Positions 17,199 through 26,895 of a stretch of DNA of 64,000 bases are shown here, piece after piece; position 1 is the stretch's first letter; every line of letters starts with the position of its first letter. The notes below the pieces were generated by a model, which worked only from the letters and a program-made list of their open reading frames with translations, was not told the DNA's origin and searched no databases. Origin of the DNA: Gemmatimonadota bacterium (GTDB taxonomy: Bacteria; Gemmatimonadota; Gemmatimonadetes; Gemmatimonadales; GWC2-71-9); the NCBI GenBank assembly GCA_003221005.1, contig QHTZ01000079.1, positions 1 to 64,000 on the forward strand. Reading direction: 5' to 3'. The position numbers and the translations under genes were made by a program.

Positions 17199-18064
17199 AG
17201 CCGCTCCTTGAGGAGGGGGACGACGTCGGCGGGCCGCTGCATGACACCGACGCCGGCACGTTCCAGGGCGGCCATCTTCTCGGCTGCGGTGCCCTCGGCG
17301 CCGGAGACGATCGCGCCCGCATGGCCCATACGACGACCGGGTGGCGCGGTCTGACCCGCGATGAACCCGACGACGGGCTTGGTCATCGCCCGCTGTACGA
17401 ACTCGGCGGCCTGCTGCTCGTCCGTGCCGCCGATCTCGCCGATCAGCACGACGGCGTCGGTCTCGGCATCCGCCTGAAACGCGGAGAGGCACTGGATGAA
17501 ACTCGTTCCGACAATGGGGTCGCCGCCGATGCCCACGCAGGTGGACTGTCCAAAGTCGTGTCCCGATAGCTGATGGATGATCTCGTAGGTGAGCGTGCCG
17601 CTGCGCGACACGACGCCGATCCGGCCGGGCTTACAGATGTTGCCCGGAATGATCCCGATCTTGCACTTCCCCGGGGAGATCAGGCCCGGGCAGTTCGGGC
17701 CGATGAGGCGCGCCCCGCGCTCGTGGAGGAACGGCGTGACGCGCGTCATGTCGAGGACGGGGATGCCCTCGGTGATGCAGACGATGAGCCCCAACCCCGC
17801 GTCCGCCGCTTCGAAGATCGCCGACACGGCGGCCGCCGCCGGGACGTAGATGACGGCCGCGTTCGGCTGCGTCTCGCGCACCGCGTCGGCGACGGTGTCA
17901 TAGACCGGCACGACTCCCTCGAACAGCTCGCCACCTTTGCCAGGCGTGACACCGGCCACCACCTTGGTCCCATAGCCGATCATTTGCCGCGTGTGGAACG
18001 ACCCGTCGCGCCCCGTCACGCCCTGCACGAGCAGGCGGGTGCTCTGATCGATGAAGATGCTCAC
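17195..18064 (-). CDS. sucD: Succinyl-CoA synthetase alpha subunit
   Basis: [32 protein letters not shown]. Confidence 0.97.
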   Translation of the reverse strand: MSIFIDQSTRLLVQGVTGRDGSFHTRQMIGYGTKVVAGVTPGKGGELFEGVVPVYDTVADAVRETQPNAAVIYVPAAAAVSAIFEAADAGLGLIVCITEGIPVLDMTRVTPFLHERGARLIGPNCPGLISPGKCKIGIIPGNICKPGRIGVVSRSGTLTYEIIHQLSGHDFGQSTCVGIGGDPIVGTSFIQCLSAFQADAETDAVVLIGEIGGTDEQQAAEFVQRAMTKPVVGFIAGQTAPPGRRMGHAGAIVSGAEGTAAEKMAALERAGVGVMQRPADVVPLLKERL

Positions 18065-19212
18065 GGCCGTCCCGCCGCGAGCGCCACGGCGCGCTGCACC
18101 GCCTCGTCCATGTCTGTCAGGGCCGAGAAGCCGGCCCGCGTGAGGATCTCGACCGCTTCGGCTTCATTCGTGCCCGTGAGCCGAATGACGAGGGGGACTT
18201 TGAGGGAGAGCTGCGTCGTGGCCTGCACGATGCCGTTCGCCACGTCATCGCAGCGCGTGATCCCCCCGAAGATGTTGAAGAGAATCGCCTTCACCGCTGC
18301 GTCGCCCGTGATGATCTCGAGCGCCGCGACGACCTTTTCGGGATTCGAGCTGCCGCCGATGTCCAAGAAATTGGCCGGCGCTCCCCCGTAGAGCTTCACC
18401 AGGTCCATCGTGGCCATCGCCAGCCCGGCCCCGTTGACGCAGCAGCCGACCGACCCGTTCAGCTTGATGAACGACAGCCCCGCGGCCCGCGCCCGCTCTT
18501 CTGCCGGCGCTTCGGTGGAGAGATCGCGCAGCGCCGCGATCTCCGGCCGACGACCTAGCTCGCTGTCGTCGATCACGATCTTCGCGTCGAGGGCGACCAG
18601 GCGGCCGGCGGGCGTCGTGGCGAGCGGGTTGATCTCGGCGAGCGACGCCCCCACGCCGTAGAACGCAGCATAGAGCCGCTGCATGACGTCCGCCGCGGCG
18701 CGCACCTGCGTCACGTCGCGATACAGCCGGAATCCAAGCGCTATCGCCTGGTGCGCGAGCAGGCCGTAGCGCGGGTCCACCCCCAGCCGGTGAATTTGCT
18801 CCGGCGAGCGGGCCGCCACTTCCTCGATGTCCACGCCGCCAGCCGGGCTGACCATGAGGACGGGACGCTGCGCCGCGCGGTCCACGATCACGCCGAGGTA
18901 GCTCTCGGAGGCGATGTCGACCGCCGCGGCGACCAGCACCTTGCGAACGGCGAGGCCACGGATCGTGAGACCCAGGATGCGGGCGGCGTGCTCCGCTGCT
19001 TCGGCCGGGCTATTGGCGAGCGTCACGCCTCCGGCCTTGCCGCGCCCGCCGGCGTGCACCTGCGCCTTCACGACGACTCGGCCCGCGCCGCCCTTGCCGA
19101 GCCGCTGCGCGATGGCCCGGGCCTCGTCCGGCGTCGCGGCGACCTCGGCGGGCGGGAACGAGATGCCGTAGCGCTGCAGCAGCTCGCGCGCCTGGTATTC
19201 GTGCAGGTTCAC
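18061..19212 (-). CDS. sucC: Succinyl-CoA synthetase beta subunit
   Basis: [40 protein letters not shown]. Confidence 0.97.
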   Translation of the reverse strand: MNLHEYQARELLQRYGISFPPAEVAATPDEARAIAQRLGKGGAGRVVVKAQVHAGGRGKAGGVTLANSPAEAAEHAARILGLTIRGLAVRKVLVAAAVDIASESYLGVIVDRAAQRPVLMVSPAGGVDIEEVAARSPEQIHRLGVDPRYGLLAHQAIALGFRLYRDVTQVRAAADVMQRLYAAFYGVGASLAEINPLATTPAGRLVALDAKIVIDDSELGRRPEIAALRDLSTEAPAEERARAAGLSFIKLNGSVGCCVNGAGLAMATMDLVKLYGGAPANFLDIGGSSNPEKVVAALEIITGDAAVKAILFNIFGGITRCDDVANGIVQATTQLSLKVPLVIRLTGTNEAEAVEILTRAGFSALTDMDEAVQRAVALAAGRP

Positions 19213-20105
19213 CCGCGCTCCGCGGTGATCGTGGTGCCCGTCTCACCCCGGAGTGCCGCGAGCCCGCGCTCGAGCGCCGCGATTACCGCACGGCGACCGC
19301 CCCCGCCCCCGCCCCCGCCCCCCCCGCTCCCCCGGACGAAGTCAGCCGCCGCCTCCACCTTGGGTCGCATGCTGCCGACGCCTAGCTCATCTCCCGACAG
19401 CAACGCTTCGGCCTCGGCGAGGTCCATGCGCCGGATCGCTCGCTGCCCCGGCGTGCCGTAGGCGCGGTACACGGCGTCCACGTTTGTCAGGATGAGGAGC
19501 ACGTCGGCCGCGACGCCGTGTCCCAGGATCGCCGCGACCCGATCCTTGTCGGCCACCGCGTCGAGGCCTTCCAGACGCAGGCGCGGGTCGTCGTACACCG
19601 GCGGGCCGCCGCCACCGCAGGCGATCACGATGTGCCCGGCGGCCACGAGGTGACGGATCGTGTCGCGCTCCACCACGGCAATCGGGCGCGGGCTGGGCGC
19701 GAGGCGGCGCCATCGACCTGGCTGCTCTTCCACGACGGGCACGCCGCGGGCTCGGAGACGGGCGACGCCCGCGGGGTCGAGGGGGTGCCCGATCGGCTTC
19801 GTGGGGCGGGGCAGATCGGGGTCACGGGCATCGCATAGAGTTTGGGTGATGACGGTAACAACAGGACGTTCCACCCCGGCCCGGGCGAGGGCGTTCTGGA
19901 GGGACTGCTGAATCATGTAGCCCATCCAGCCCGCGGTCGCGGCGACCAGCACGCCGAGCGGCAGCGGCTCCAGCCGGTCGCTCGCGAGCTCGTTGCGCGC
20001 CAGCTCGTCGCCCACCTGGGGGCCATTGCCGTGCACCAGCACGATATGCCAATCGGCGCGGGCCAGATCGACGCCGAGCGCCACGACGATCGTTTCCGGA
20101 CGCAC
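19209..20105 (-). CDS. arcC: Carbamate kinase (N-terminal GGNAL segment missing as assembled)
   Basis: HGNGPQVG, PTKPIG, WRRLAPSP, CGGGGPPV, DKDR, GSMRPKVEAA. Confidence 0.85.
   Translation of the reverse strand: MRPETIVVALGVDLARADWHIVLVHGNGPQVGDELARNELASDRLEPLPLGVLVAATAGWMGYMIQQSLQNALARAGVERPVVTVITQTLCDARDPDLPRPTKPIGHPLDPAGVARLRARGVPVVEEQPGRWRRLAPSPRPIAVVERDTIRHLVAAGHIVIACGGGGPPVYDDPRLRLEGLDAVADKDRVAAILGHGVAADVLLILTNVDAVYRAYGTPGQRAIRRMDLAEAEALLSGDELGVGSMRPKVEAAADFVRGSGGGGGGGGGGRRAVIAALERGLAALRGETGTTITAERG
19297..19333 (-). repeat. (GGGGGC)n/G8 tract encoding poly-Gly inside carbamate kinase
   Basis: Plus strand ccgcccccgcccccgcccccgccccccccgctccccc, translating to GSGGGGGGGGGG. Confidence 0.85.
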
Positions 20106-20116
20106 GGCGGCCGAAC

Positions 20117-22532
20117 CTAGCGGCGGCTGCGGGTCGGAGCAAGCTTGCGGCCGGCGCCGAGCAGCCGCCGCAGCTCGCCGTCGAGCCGGCTGAAGCCCTC
20201 GAGATCGCCCACCCTCAGGGCGCTGTCCGCTCGAGCCGCGAGCCGCCGCGCGCTCTCCCAGCGGGCGGCGAGGGATGTGTCCGCGGGCAGCGCGCGAGCG
20301 CCTGAGGCGAGCAGGTTGTGCAGCGCCGCGGCCACGGTCGGGCCTTCGCCCTCGCGCTCGCCCCACGTGAGATAGACCTGCGTCGCCCGGTGCGGCGCGC
20401 CGTCCGTCGACGGTTCGTCGAACAACGCCTGGGCAGTGGCGAACGCCCCGTCCGCGGTCCACAACCGCAACACGCCCGGCGCGGTCTGGGGCGAGCCGAG
20501 CAGCTCCGCTGGGAGCGGCAACGGAGCGCTCGGACTCCACAGGAACAACCGCGGGCCCCCCGGCGACATCGTCCCGGCGAGGAGCGCGGCAAGCTGCGTC
20601 GGCGCGCCCGTGGCGAAGCCCTGCGCCATCCACAGCCCACGCAGTCCGTCCGAGTCCCCCGGGCGGGGAGCCGCGAGCTCGTAGGGCTCGCGCGGCTCCG
20701 GGCGCCAGGGGGCGGAGTCGTTCCGTTCGCGGAGCACGAGCTCGACCGCCAGCCGGAACCCCTCCCTGGGGAATGGCAGCTGGCGGCGGAGCTCGGGCGG
20801 GAGGCTGTCGAGCGGTCGCACCAGCGGCGCCGACAGCCGCGCCCAGGCCGTCGCCAGAGAGTCGGCGCCGGGAGTAGCGGATAGGCGCATCACCGCCGGG
20901 CAGGGTGAGCGTGCGCACCAGGGGGAACGCGCCGCCCGCCACGTAGCCGTAGGAAATCCACCACGGCGTGCCGCTCGCCAGGAGCGGCGTGGGCGCCTCG
21001 AAGCTCGCGAACGGGGCGAGCCGCTCGAGTCGGTCGGCGACATCGCGGCGCCACAGCAGCACCAGCCCGTCAGTCTGGGCGCGCGCCAGGTCGGGGCTCT
21101 GGAGCACCCAGGCGAGTGCGGTGCGCCGCCACCACCCCGCGAGGGGAATGCCCGCGGCTCGTGCTTCCGGCCAGGTGTCGGGGGCGGCCACGGCGAATTC
21201 TCGGAACCCCGCTCCGAACCAGAACGTGGAGTCGCGCGTCGCCGCAGCGCTCAGGGCGAGTCCTGAGTCCGCTTCGATCGCCACGACCGCGCGGCCGGCG
21301 CGGGCGCGCGCTCCGCGATGCAGCTCGGTCCAGCTACGCATGCTGTCCTGGCCCGCGCCTTCCGGCGCGCTCGCTCCTCCCCCGGGTGCGGGGACCACGA
21401 GCCAGGCGGGCCGCACGTCCTCCGGGCGGGCCGTGAGAGCCACGCCCCCCACGGGGGCGCGCGGGCTCCACAGATGCGCTCGGCGCGCGACTGCGGCGAC
21501 GCGGTCCGCGTCCCACACGGGGAGCGCCGTCGCCGCGGCAGCGATGCTCGGGAAGCCCCGCGGGGGTGGTACCTGGGTCCAGCCGGCGCCGAACGCTAGT
21601 TGCTCAAGCCGGTCCCGCTCGATCTTGCCCCCGGGCACGGGAGAGGGACCCCGTGCGACGCCCGGGGCCACGACGTACGCGGCGAGTGACCCCAGCACGA
21701 GCGCGCCCCAGGCGACGAGCAGCGCGCGGGTCGTATCGCGCAGCCCCCACGCCAGGCTCGCGAGCACGGTGGCGACGCCGAGCACTTCGACCAAGCGCGC
21801 TCCCGGGAGGCGGACCGCCACCATCGCCGCATCCACACTCCCGTGAAACCCGGCTACCGCCTCTGCCGGATCGAGTGCTGCGCCGCGTACCAGGGCCAGC
21901 GCGAAGAGGGCGAGGAGAAAGCCGAGATGCCCCCGGGCGTGCGGACTCGTCACAGGACGCCAGCCGCTCCATCGCAGCGAGCCGATCCCTACGTACAGGA
22001 GACCGACGACGAGCGTGGCGGTCGTGGTCGCCCGCAGCGCGAAGTTTTGGCAGGTGACGGCCCAGGGCAGCTCGCCCACGTAGTAGCCGAGATCGCGCTG
22101 GAGCACCGGCTCCACGACGCCGAAGTGGGGCGGTCGCGACGCGAGCACCGCCTGCAGCCACCAGTCGCCCGTGCCCAGCGCCAGGAGCAAGCCGTACACG
22201 AGGCCGCTCGCCACGGTTGCCGCGAGCAGCACGCGCTGCGGCACCGCCTCCACGATCTCGAGATCGCCCAGCCGGCGCGGCAGCTGGACGGAGCCGATGG
22301 TGCGGTACACGTAATACAGGTTGCCGGTGCCCCAGCCGATCGCGAGCAGCAGGGTGAGCCCGTGGATCAGCCGGGCCAGGTCGCGCGCCTTCAGGTAGAC
22401 CTCGCCTCCGGTCACGCTTGTGGCCCAGGCGCGCTCGGCCGTCTCGATCGCCAGCCAACGTCCGCCCACGAGCAGCGCCACGACGACCGCGAGGCCGACG
22501 AGTAGGGTACCGCGGCGCGGGCTCGGCCTCAC
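20117..22532 (-). pseudogene. UPF0182-family membrane protein, frameshifted near 20873 as assembled
   Basis: N-terminal multi-TM region with FGVVEPVLQRDLGYYVGELP and RDVADRLERLAPF; after IRY the homologous frame switches to PGADSLATAWARL (ORF 20117-21043). Confidence 0.7.
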
Positions 22533-23859
22533 GGGCGGACGCCGGCCGCCCGCAGCCAGTCCTCCACCTCCTGCCGGTTGGCGGCGAGGGCCTGCTCGCT
22601 CTGTGCCTCGAACCGCAGCACCAGCACCGGTTGGGTGTTGGAGGCGCGGAGCAGGCCCCACCCGTCGGGGAACGTGATCCGCACGCCGTCGAGCCGCGAC
22701 ACAGGATAGCTCCGGCTGAAATGCGCGGCCGCCTGCTCGACGATGTCGAACTTGCGATCGTCGGGACAAGCGATGCGGATCTCGGGCGTGGAGACTGTGG
22801 TTGGAAGGTCCGCGAGCAGGCGCGAGAGCGGGCCGCCCCGCTCCGCGAGATAATGGAGGAGACGCGCGGCCGCGAAGAGCGCGTCGTCGAAGCCGTACCA
22901 GTCGCCGCCGAAGAACATGTGACCGCTCATCTCGCCGGCGAGCGGTGCGTTGAGCTCCTTCATCTTCTGCTTGATCAGGGAGTGGCCTGTCTTCCACATC
23001 ACAGGCCGGAGCCCGGCGCGCTCGAGCTCGCGCCGCAGCACGTCCGAGCACTTCACGTCGAAGATGACCGGGTGGCCGGTGCCCTGCCGCTGCACGAGGT
23101 CGCGTCCCAACAACACGAGCAGCTGGTCGCCAAACACCACCCTCCCCTGTTCGTCCACCGTGCCGATGCGGTCACCATCGCCGTCGAAGGCGATCCCCAG
23201 CTCCGCGCGCTCCCGCGGCACGGCTGCCTGGAGATCGCGCAGGTTCTCGAGCACGGTGGGGTCGGGATGATGGTTCGGGAACGTGCCGTCGGACTCCGCG
23301 AACAGCGGTACGACCTCGGCACCGAGCCGGCGCAGCGTCTCGATCGCCACCAGACTAGTCACACCGTTGCCGCAGTCCACGACCGCTTTGACCCGCCGCG
23401 CCAGGGGCGCGTTGCGCTCGACGATGGCATCGGCGTAGCGCCTCAGCAGCCCGGGATGCGCCTCCCGGCGGCCACCTGGGCGGTCCGGGATTTGGCCGCC
23501 CTCGATCAGCCCGCGCAGCCCCTGAATGTCGTGTCCGTGGATCGCCTCGCCCGCGAGAACCATCTTAAAGCCATTGAACTCGGGTGGGTTGTGGGATCCG
23601 GTGATCTGGATGCCCCCGTCCACGTCGACGGTGTGTGTCGCGAAGTAGAGCGCCGGGGTGGGTACCGTGCCGACCTCGATGGCAAGCCCTCCGGCGCGCG
23701 CGATGCCGGACGCTACCTGGGGCGCGAGCTCAGTCGTTCCCAGGCGAACGTCGCGAACGCCTTTCCGATGGCGTGCGCGGCCTCCCCCGTGAGCTGGTCG
23801 CCCACGGTGCCGCGGATGTCGTATTCGCGGAAGATGACGGCGGGGAGGCGGAGGTTCAC
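22529..23859 (-). pseudogene. Phosphomannomutase/phosphoglucomutase, frameshifted near 23733 as assembled
   Basis: IFREYDIRG N-terminus lies in one frame; ITGSHNP, FDGDGDR, GEMSGH and RASNTQP lie in another; the GRDNR segment is absent. Confidence 0.85.
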
Positions 23860-23883
23860 GGCGGCCACCGGTGGGCCCCCCGC

Positions 23884-25413
23884 TCAGCTGCCCTTCGTCG
23901 ACAGCGAGGCGGGCGGCGTGTTGGGGAGGACGCCCGCCGGGCGGACGCTCTCGCCGCTGGTACGCGCCACATCCAGCAGGCGGCTCGGCTGCACGCCCAG
24001 GACCAGCAGCCCCGCCACCGCCGCGACCACCACGGCGCCGGAGAAGCGCCCGAGGCGCACTCCCGCGTGTGCTTGCTCCGACGGCTCGGCCTGCATGTAC
24101 ATAGCCATGATGACGGGGAGATAGTAACCCGCCGAGATTACGCTGGCGACGACGAGGAGCGTGGCCAGCACGGCCTGCCCGGCGTTGGCCGCGGCGATCA
24201 GGATGTACCACTTCCCGATGAAGCCGGCCGTGCCCGGGAAGCCTAGCAGGGAGAGCATCGACACCGCGAGGGCGAAGGCGAGAGCGGGGTGACGCTGGCT
24301 CAGGCCGGCGAGATCGTCGATGACCACGTCTTGCTCGCCGTTCCGGCCCTTCGCGGCGAGCAGCGCGAACGCGACCACGGTCGTCAGCGTGTAGGCCACG
24401 AGGTAGAACACGAACGACGCCGCGCCGAGCGTGCTTCCGCTCGTGACCGACACGAGGAGGTAGCCCGCGTGGGCGACCGACGAGTACGCGAGCATGCGCT
24501 TCAGCGTGCGCTGCGCCAGGGCGATCAGGTTACCGACGAGCATGGTGACCGCCGCGAGCCACCACACGATCTGGTGCCAGGCGCTGACGCCCGAGAACGC
24601 TTCGGCCAGCACGCGGAACAGCGCCGCGAATCCGGCGGCTTTCACTGCCGCCGCCATATAGGCGGTGACGGGCGTGGGCGCGCCGTCATACACGTCGGGT
24701 GCCCACATGTGGAACGGGACCGCCGCGACTTTGAATCCGAACCCGATGAGCAGTAGCCCGAGGCCGAGCAGCAGCATCGTGCTGTGGGCGAGCCCCAGCA
24801 TGCGGACCTGCACGCCGACGAGCGTCAGGTTGGTCGTCCCGGTGGCCCCGTAGGTGAGCGCGATGCCGTACAGCAGGAACGCCGAGGCGAACGCGCCGAG
24901 CAAGAAATACTTGAGCGCGGCCTCGGCGGCCTTCGGGCTGCGGCGGTTGATCCCCGAGAGCACGTACACGCACAGCGACATGAGCTCCAGTCCGAGAAAC
25001 ACGACCGTCAGGTCCTCGCCGCCGCCGAGCAGCATCATCCCCAACGTCGCGAGCAGGAGCAGCACGTAGTACTCGGGCGCGAGCAGCTGCTCCCGCTCGA
25101 GGTAGTCGAACGAGAGCATCACGGTGAGGACGGCCGTCGCGAGGAACAGCAGATCGGTGACGAAGCGGAATCCATCCAGGGCGATCATCGTGGCGAGCCC
25201 GGCGGGCCGCGCGCCGCTCCACCAGAGCCAGCACACCGCTCCTCCCGTCGAGACGAGGGCGACGAGCGCGAGCCAGCCGGCGAGCCGCAGATCGCCTGCC
25301 GTACGGTGGCGCACGGCCACGACCAGTAGCAGCACCAGCGCCCACGCCGTCAGCACCAGCTCGGGGAGCAGCGCCGTCATGAGGTCGCGGTACTGCGACA
25401 GGTCGAGGCTCAT
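23884..25413 (-). CDS. nuoN: NADH-quinone oxidoreductase subunit N
   Basis: EAALKYFLLG, FKVAAVPFHMWAPDVYDGAP, KRMLAYSS. Confidence 0.96.
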   Translation of the reverse strand: MSLDLSQYRDLMTALLPELVLTAWALVLLLVVAVRHRTAGDLRLAGWLALVALVSTGGAVCWLWWSGARPAGLATMIALDGFRFVTDLLFLATAVLTVMLSFDYLEREQLLAPEYYVLLLLATLGMMLLGGGEDLTVVFLGLELMSLCVYVLSGINRRSPKAAEAALKYFLLGAFASAFLLYGIALTYGATGTTNLTLVGVQVRMLGLAHSTMLLLGLGLLLIGFGFKVAAVPFHMWAPDVYDGAPTPVTAYMAAAVKAAGFAALFRVLAEAFSGVSAWHQIVWWLAAVTMLVGNLIALAQRTLKRMLAYSSVAHAGYLLVSVTSGSTLGAASFVFYLVAYTLTTVVAFALLAAKGRNGEQDVVIDDLAGLSQRHPALAFALAVSMLSLLGFPGTAGFIGKWYILIAAANAGQAVLATLLVVASVISAGYYLPVIMAMYMQAEPSEQAHAGVRLGRFSGAVVVAAVAGLLVLGVQPSRLLDVARTSGESVRPAGVLPNTPPASLSTKGS

Positions 25414-26891
25414 CGCTTCACCGTATCGATGAAGTGCTGCGCCGCCGGCTCCATGCGCTCGAGGAAGGGCTTCGGGTACACCCCCAGCCAGACGATGCAT
25501 GCGAGCAGCGGCACCAGCACGGCGAGCTCGCGCGGCGTCAGGTCGAGCAGCGTCTCGTTCTCTTTCTTGTCGAGCGGATTGTAGATCACGCGCTGCAGCG
25601 CCCATAGGAGATAGGCGGCAGCGACGATCACGCCGGACGCCGCCACGATGGCGGCGACCGGATGGGTCTGGAAGGCACCCAGCAGCACTAGCAGCTCGCC
25701 GACGAAGCCGTTGGTGCCGGGCAGCCCGATCGCCGACAGCGACACGACCGTGAGGACCGCGGCGAACATCGGTACCACGCGCGCGATGCCGCCGTACGCT
25801 TCGATCAGGCGGCTGTGGCGGCGCTCGTAGATCATTCCCACTAGGAAGAACAGCGCGCCGGTCGAAATGCCGTGGTTGATCATCACGAGCAGCGCACCCT
25901 GGACGCTCTGAAGCGTGAGCGCCCAGATCCCGAGCATCACGAACCCCAGGTGCGCCACTGAGGAGTAGGCGATCAGCCGCTTGAAGTCGGGTTGCACCAT
26001 CGCCACGAGCCCGCCGTAGATGATCCCGACCAGCGACAGCACCACGATTCCCGCCTGGATCGCTGGGTGGAGGGCCACCGCCGGAAAGAGCGGGAAGGCG
26101 AACCGGAGGAAGCCGTAGGTGCCCATCTTGAGCAGCACGCCCGCGAGGATCACGGAGCCCGCTGTCGGCGCCTCGGTGTGCGCGTCCGGGAGCCAGGTGT
26201 GGAACGGGAACACCGGCACCTTGATCGCGAAGGCGAGGAAGAACGCAGCGAACAGCCAGTAGGCGAGCGGCCCGAGATTGCCCAGCCCGGCCATGAGCTG
26301 CTCGTAGGAGAAGGTGTAGATGCCGGTGCGCCGGCCGACGACGAGCACGAGGGCGAGGATCGCCACCAGCATGAGCAGCGAGCCGAGCATCGTGTAGATG
26401 AAAAACTTGATGGCCGCGTACAGCCGCCCCTCCCCGCCCCAGACCCCGATGATGAAGTACATCGGGATCAGCATCACCTCCCACATCACGTAGAACAGGA
26501 ACAGGTCAAGGGCGACGAACACCCCGATCATGCCCGACGTGAGCAGGAGCAGCAACGCGTAATAGCCGCGCTCCCGCGTCGCGATGGCGCTGTAGCTGCC
26601 CAGCACCGAGAGTGGCACGAGGAAGGTCGTCAGGAGCACGAGAAACAGCGAAATGCCGTCCACGCCTACGGTGTAGTGGATGCCCCACGTCGGCATCCAG
26701 GGCGCGTCGAGCCGGAACTGCATCCCCGCCTGCGGGACAAAGGTCCACCACATGGGGACGGAGATCGCGAACTCGATGAGCGCCACGCCGAGGGCTAGGT
26801 GCTTGGCCCAGCGGGCCGGCGCGAGGAGGACGGCGAGCGCGCCCACCGCGGGCCACGCGAGCAACGCCGTGAGGACCCAGGGCTCGTACAT
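25410..26891 (-). CDS. nuoM: NADH-quinone oxidoreductase subunit M
   Basis: WEVMLIPMY, HTWLPDAHTEAP, LLKMGTYG. Confidence 0.96.
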   Translation of the reverse strand: MYEPWVLTALLAWPAVGALAVLLAPARWAKHLALGVALIEFAISVPMWWTFVPQAGMQFRLDAPWMPTWGIHYTVGVDGISLFLVLLTTFLVPLSVLGSYSAIATRERGYYALLLLLTSGMIGVFVALDLFLFYVMWEVMLIPMYFIIGVWGGEGRLYAAIKFFIYTMLGSLLMLVAILALVLVVGRRTGIYTFSYEQLMAGLGNLGPLAYWLFAAFFLAFAIKVPVFPFHTWLPDAHTEAPTAGSVILAGVLLKMGTYGFLRFAFPLFPAVALHPAIQAGIVVLSLVGIIYGGLVAMVQPDFKRLIAYSSVAHLGFVMLGIWALTLQSVQGALLVMINHGISTGALFFLVGMIYERRHSRLIEAYGGIARVVPMFAAVLTVVSLSAIGLPGTNGFVGELLVLLGAFQTHPVAAIVAASGVIVAAAYLLWALQRVIYNPLDKKENETLLDLTPRELAVLVPLLACIVWLGVYPKPFLERMEPAAQHFIDTVKR

Positions 26892-26895
26892 TCGC

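Noticed and set aside
19209-23051. 1280-aa ORF that looks like a UPF0182-carbamate kinase fusion
   Set aside because: It is a product of the frameshift near 20873. The middle is off-frame Arg/Gly/Pro-rich junk, and the true UPF0182 C-half lies in ORF 20117-21043.
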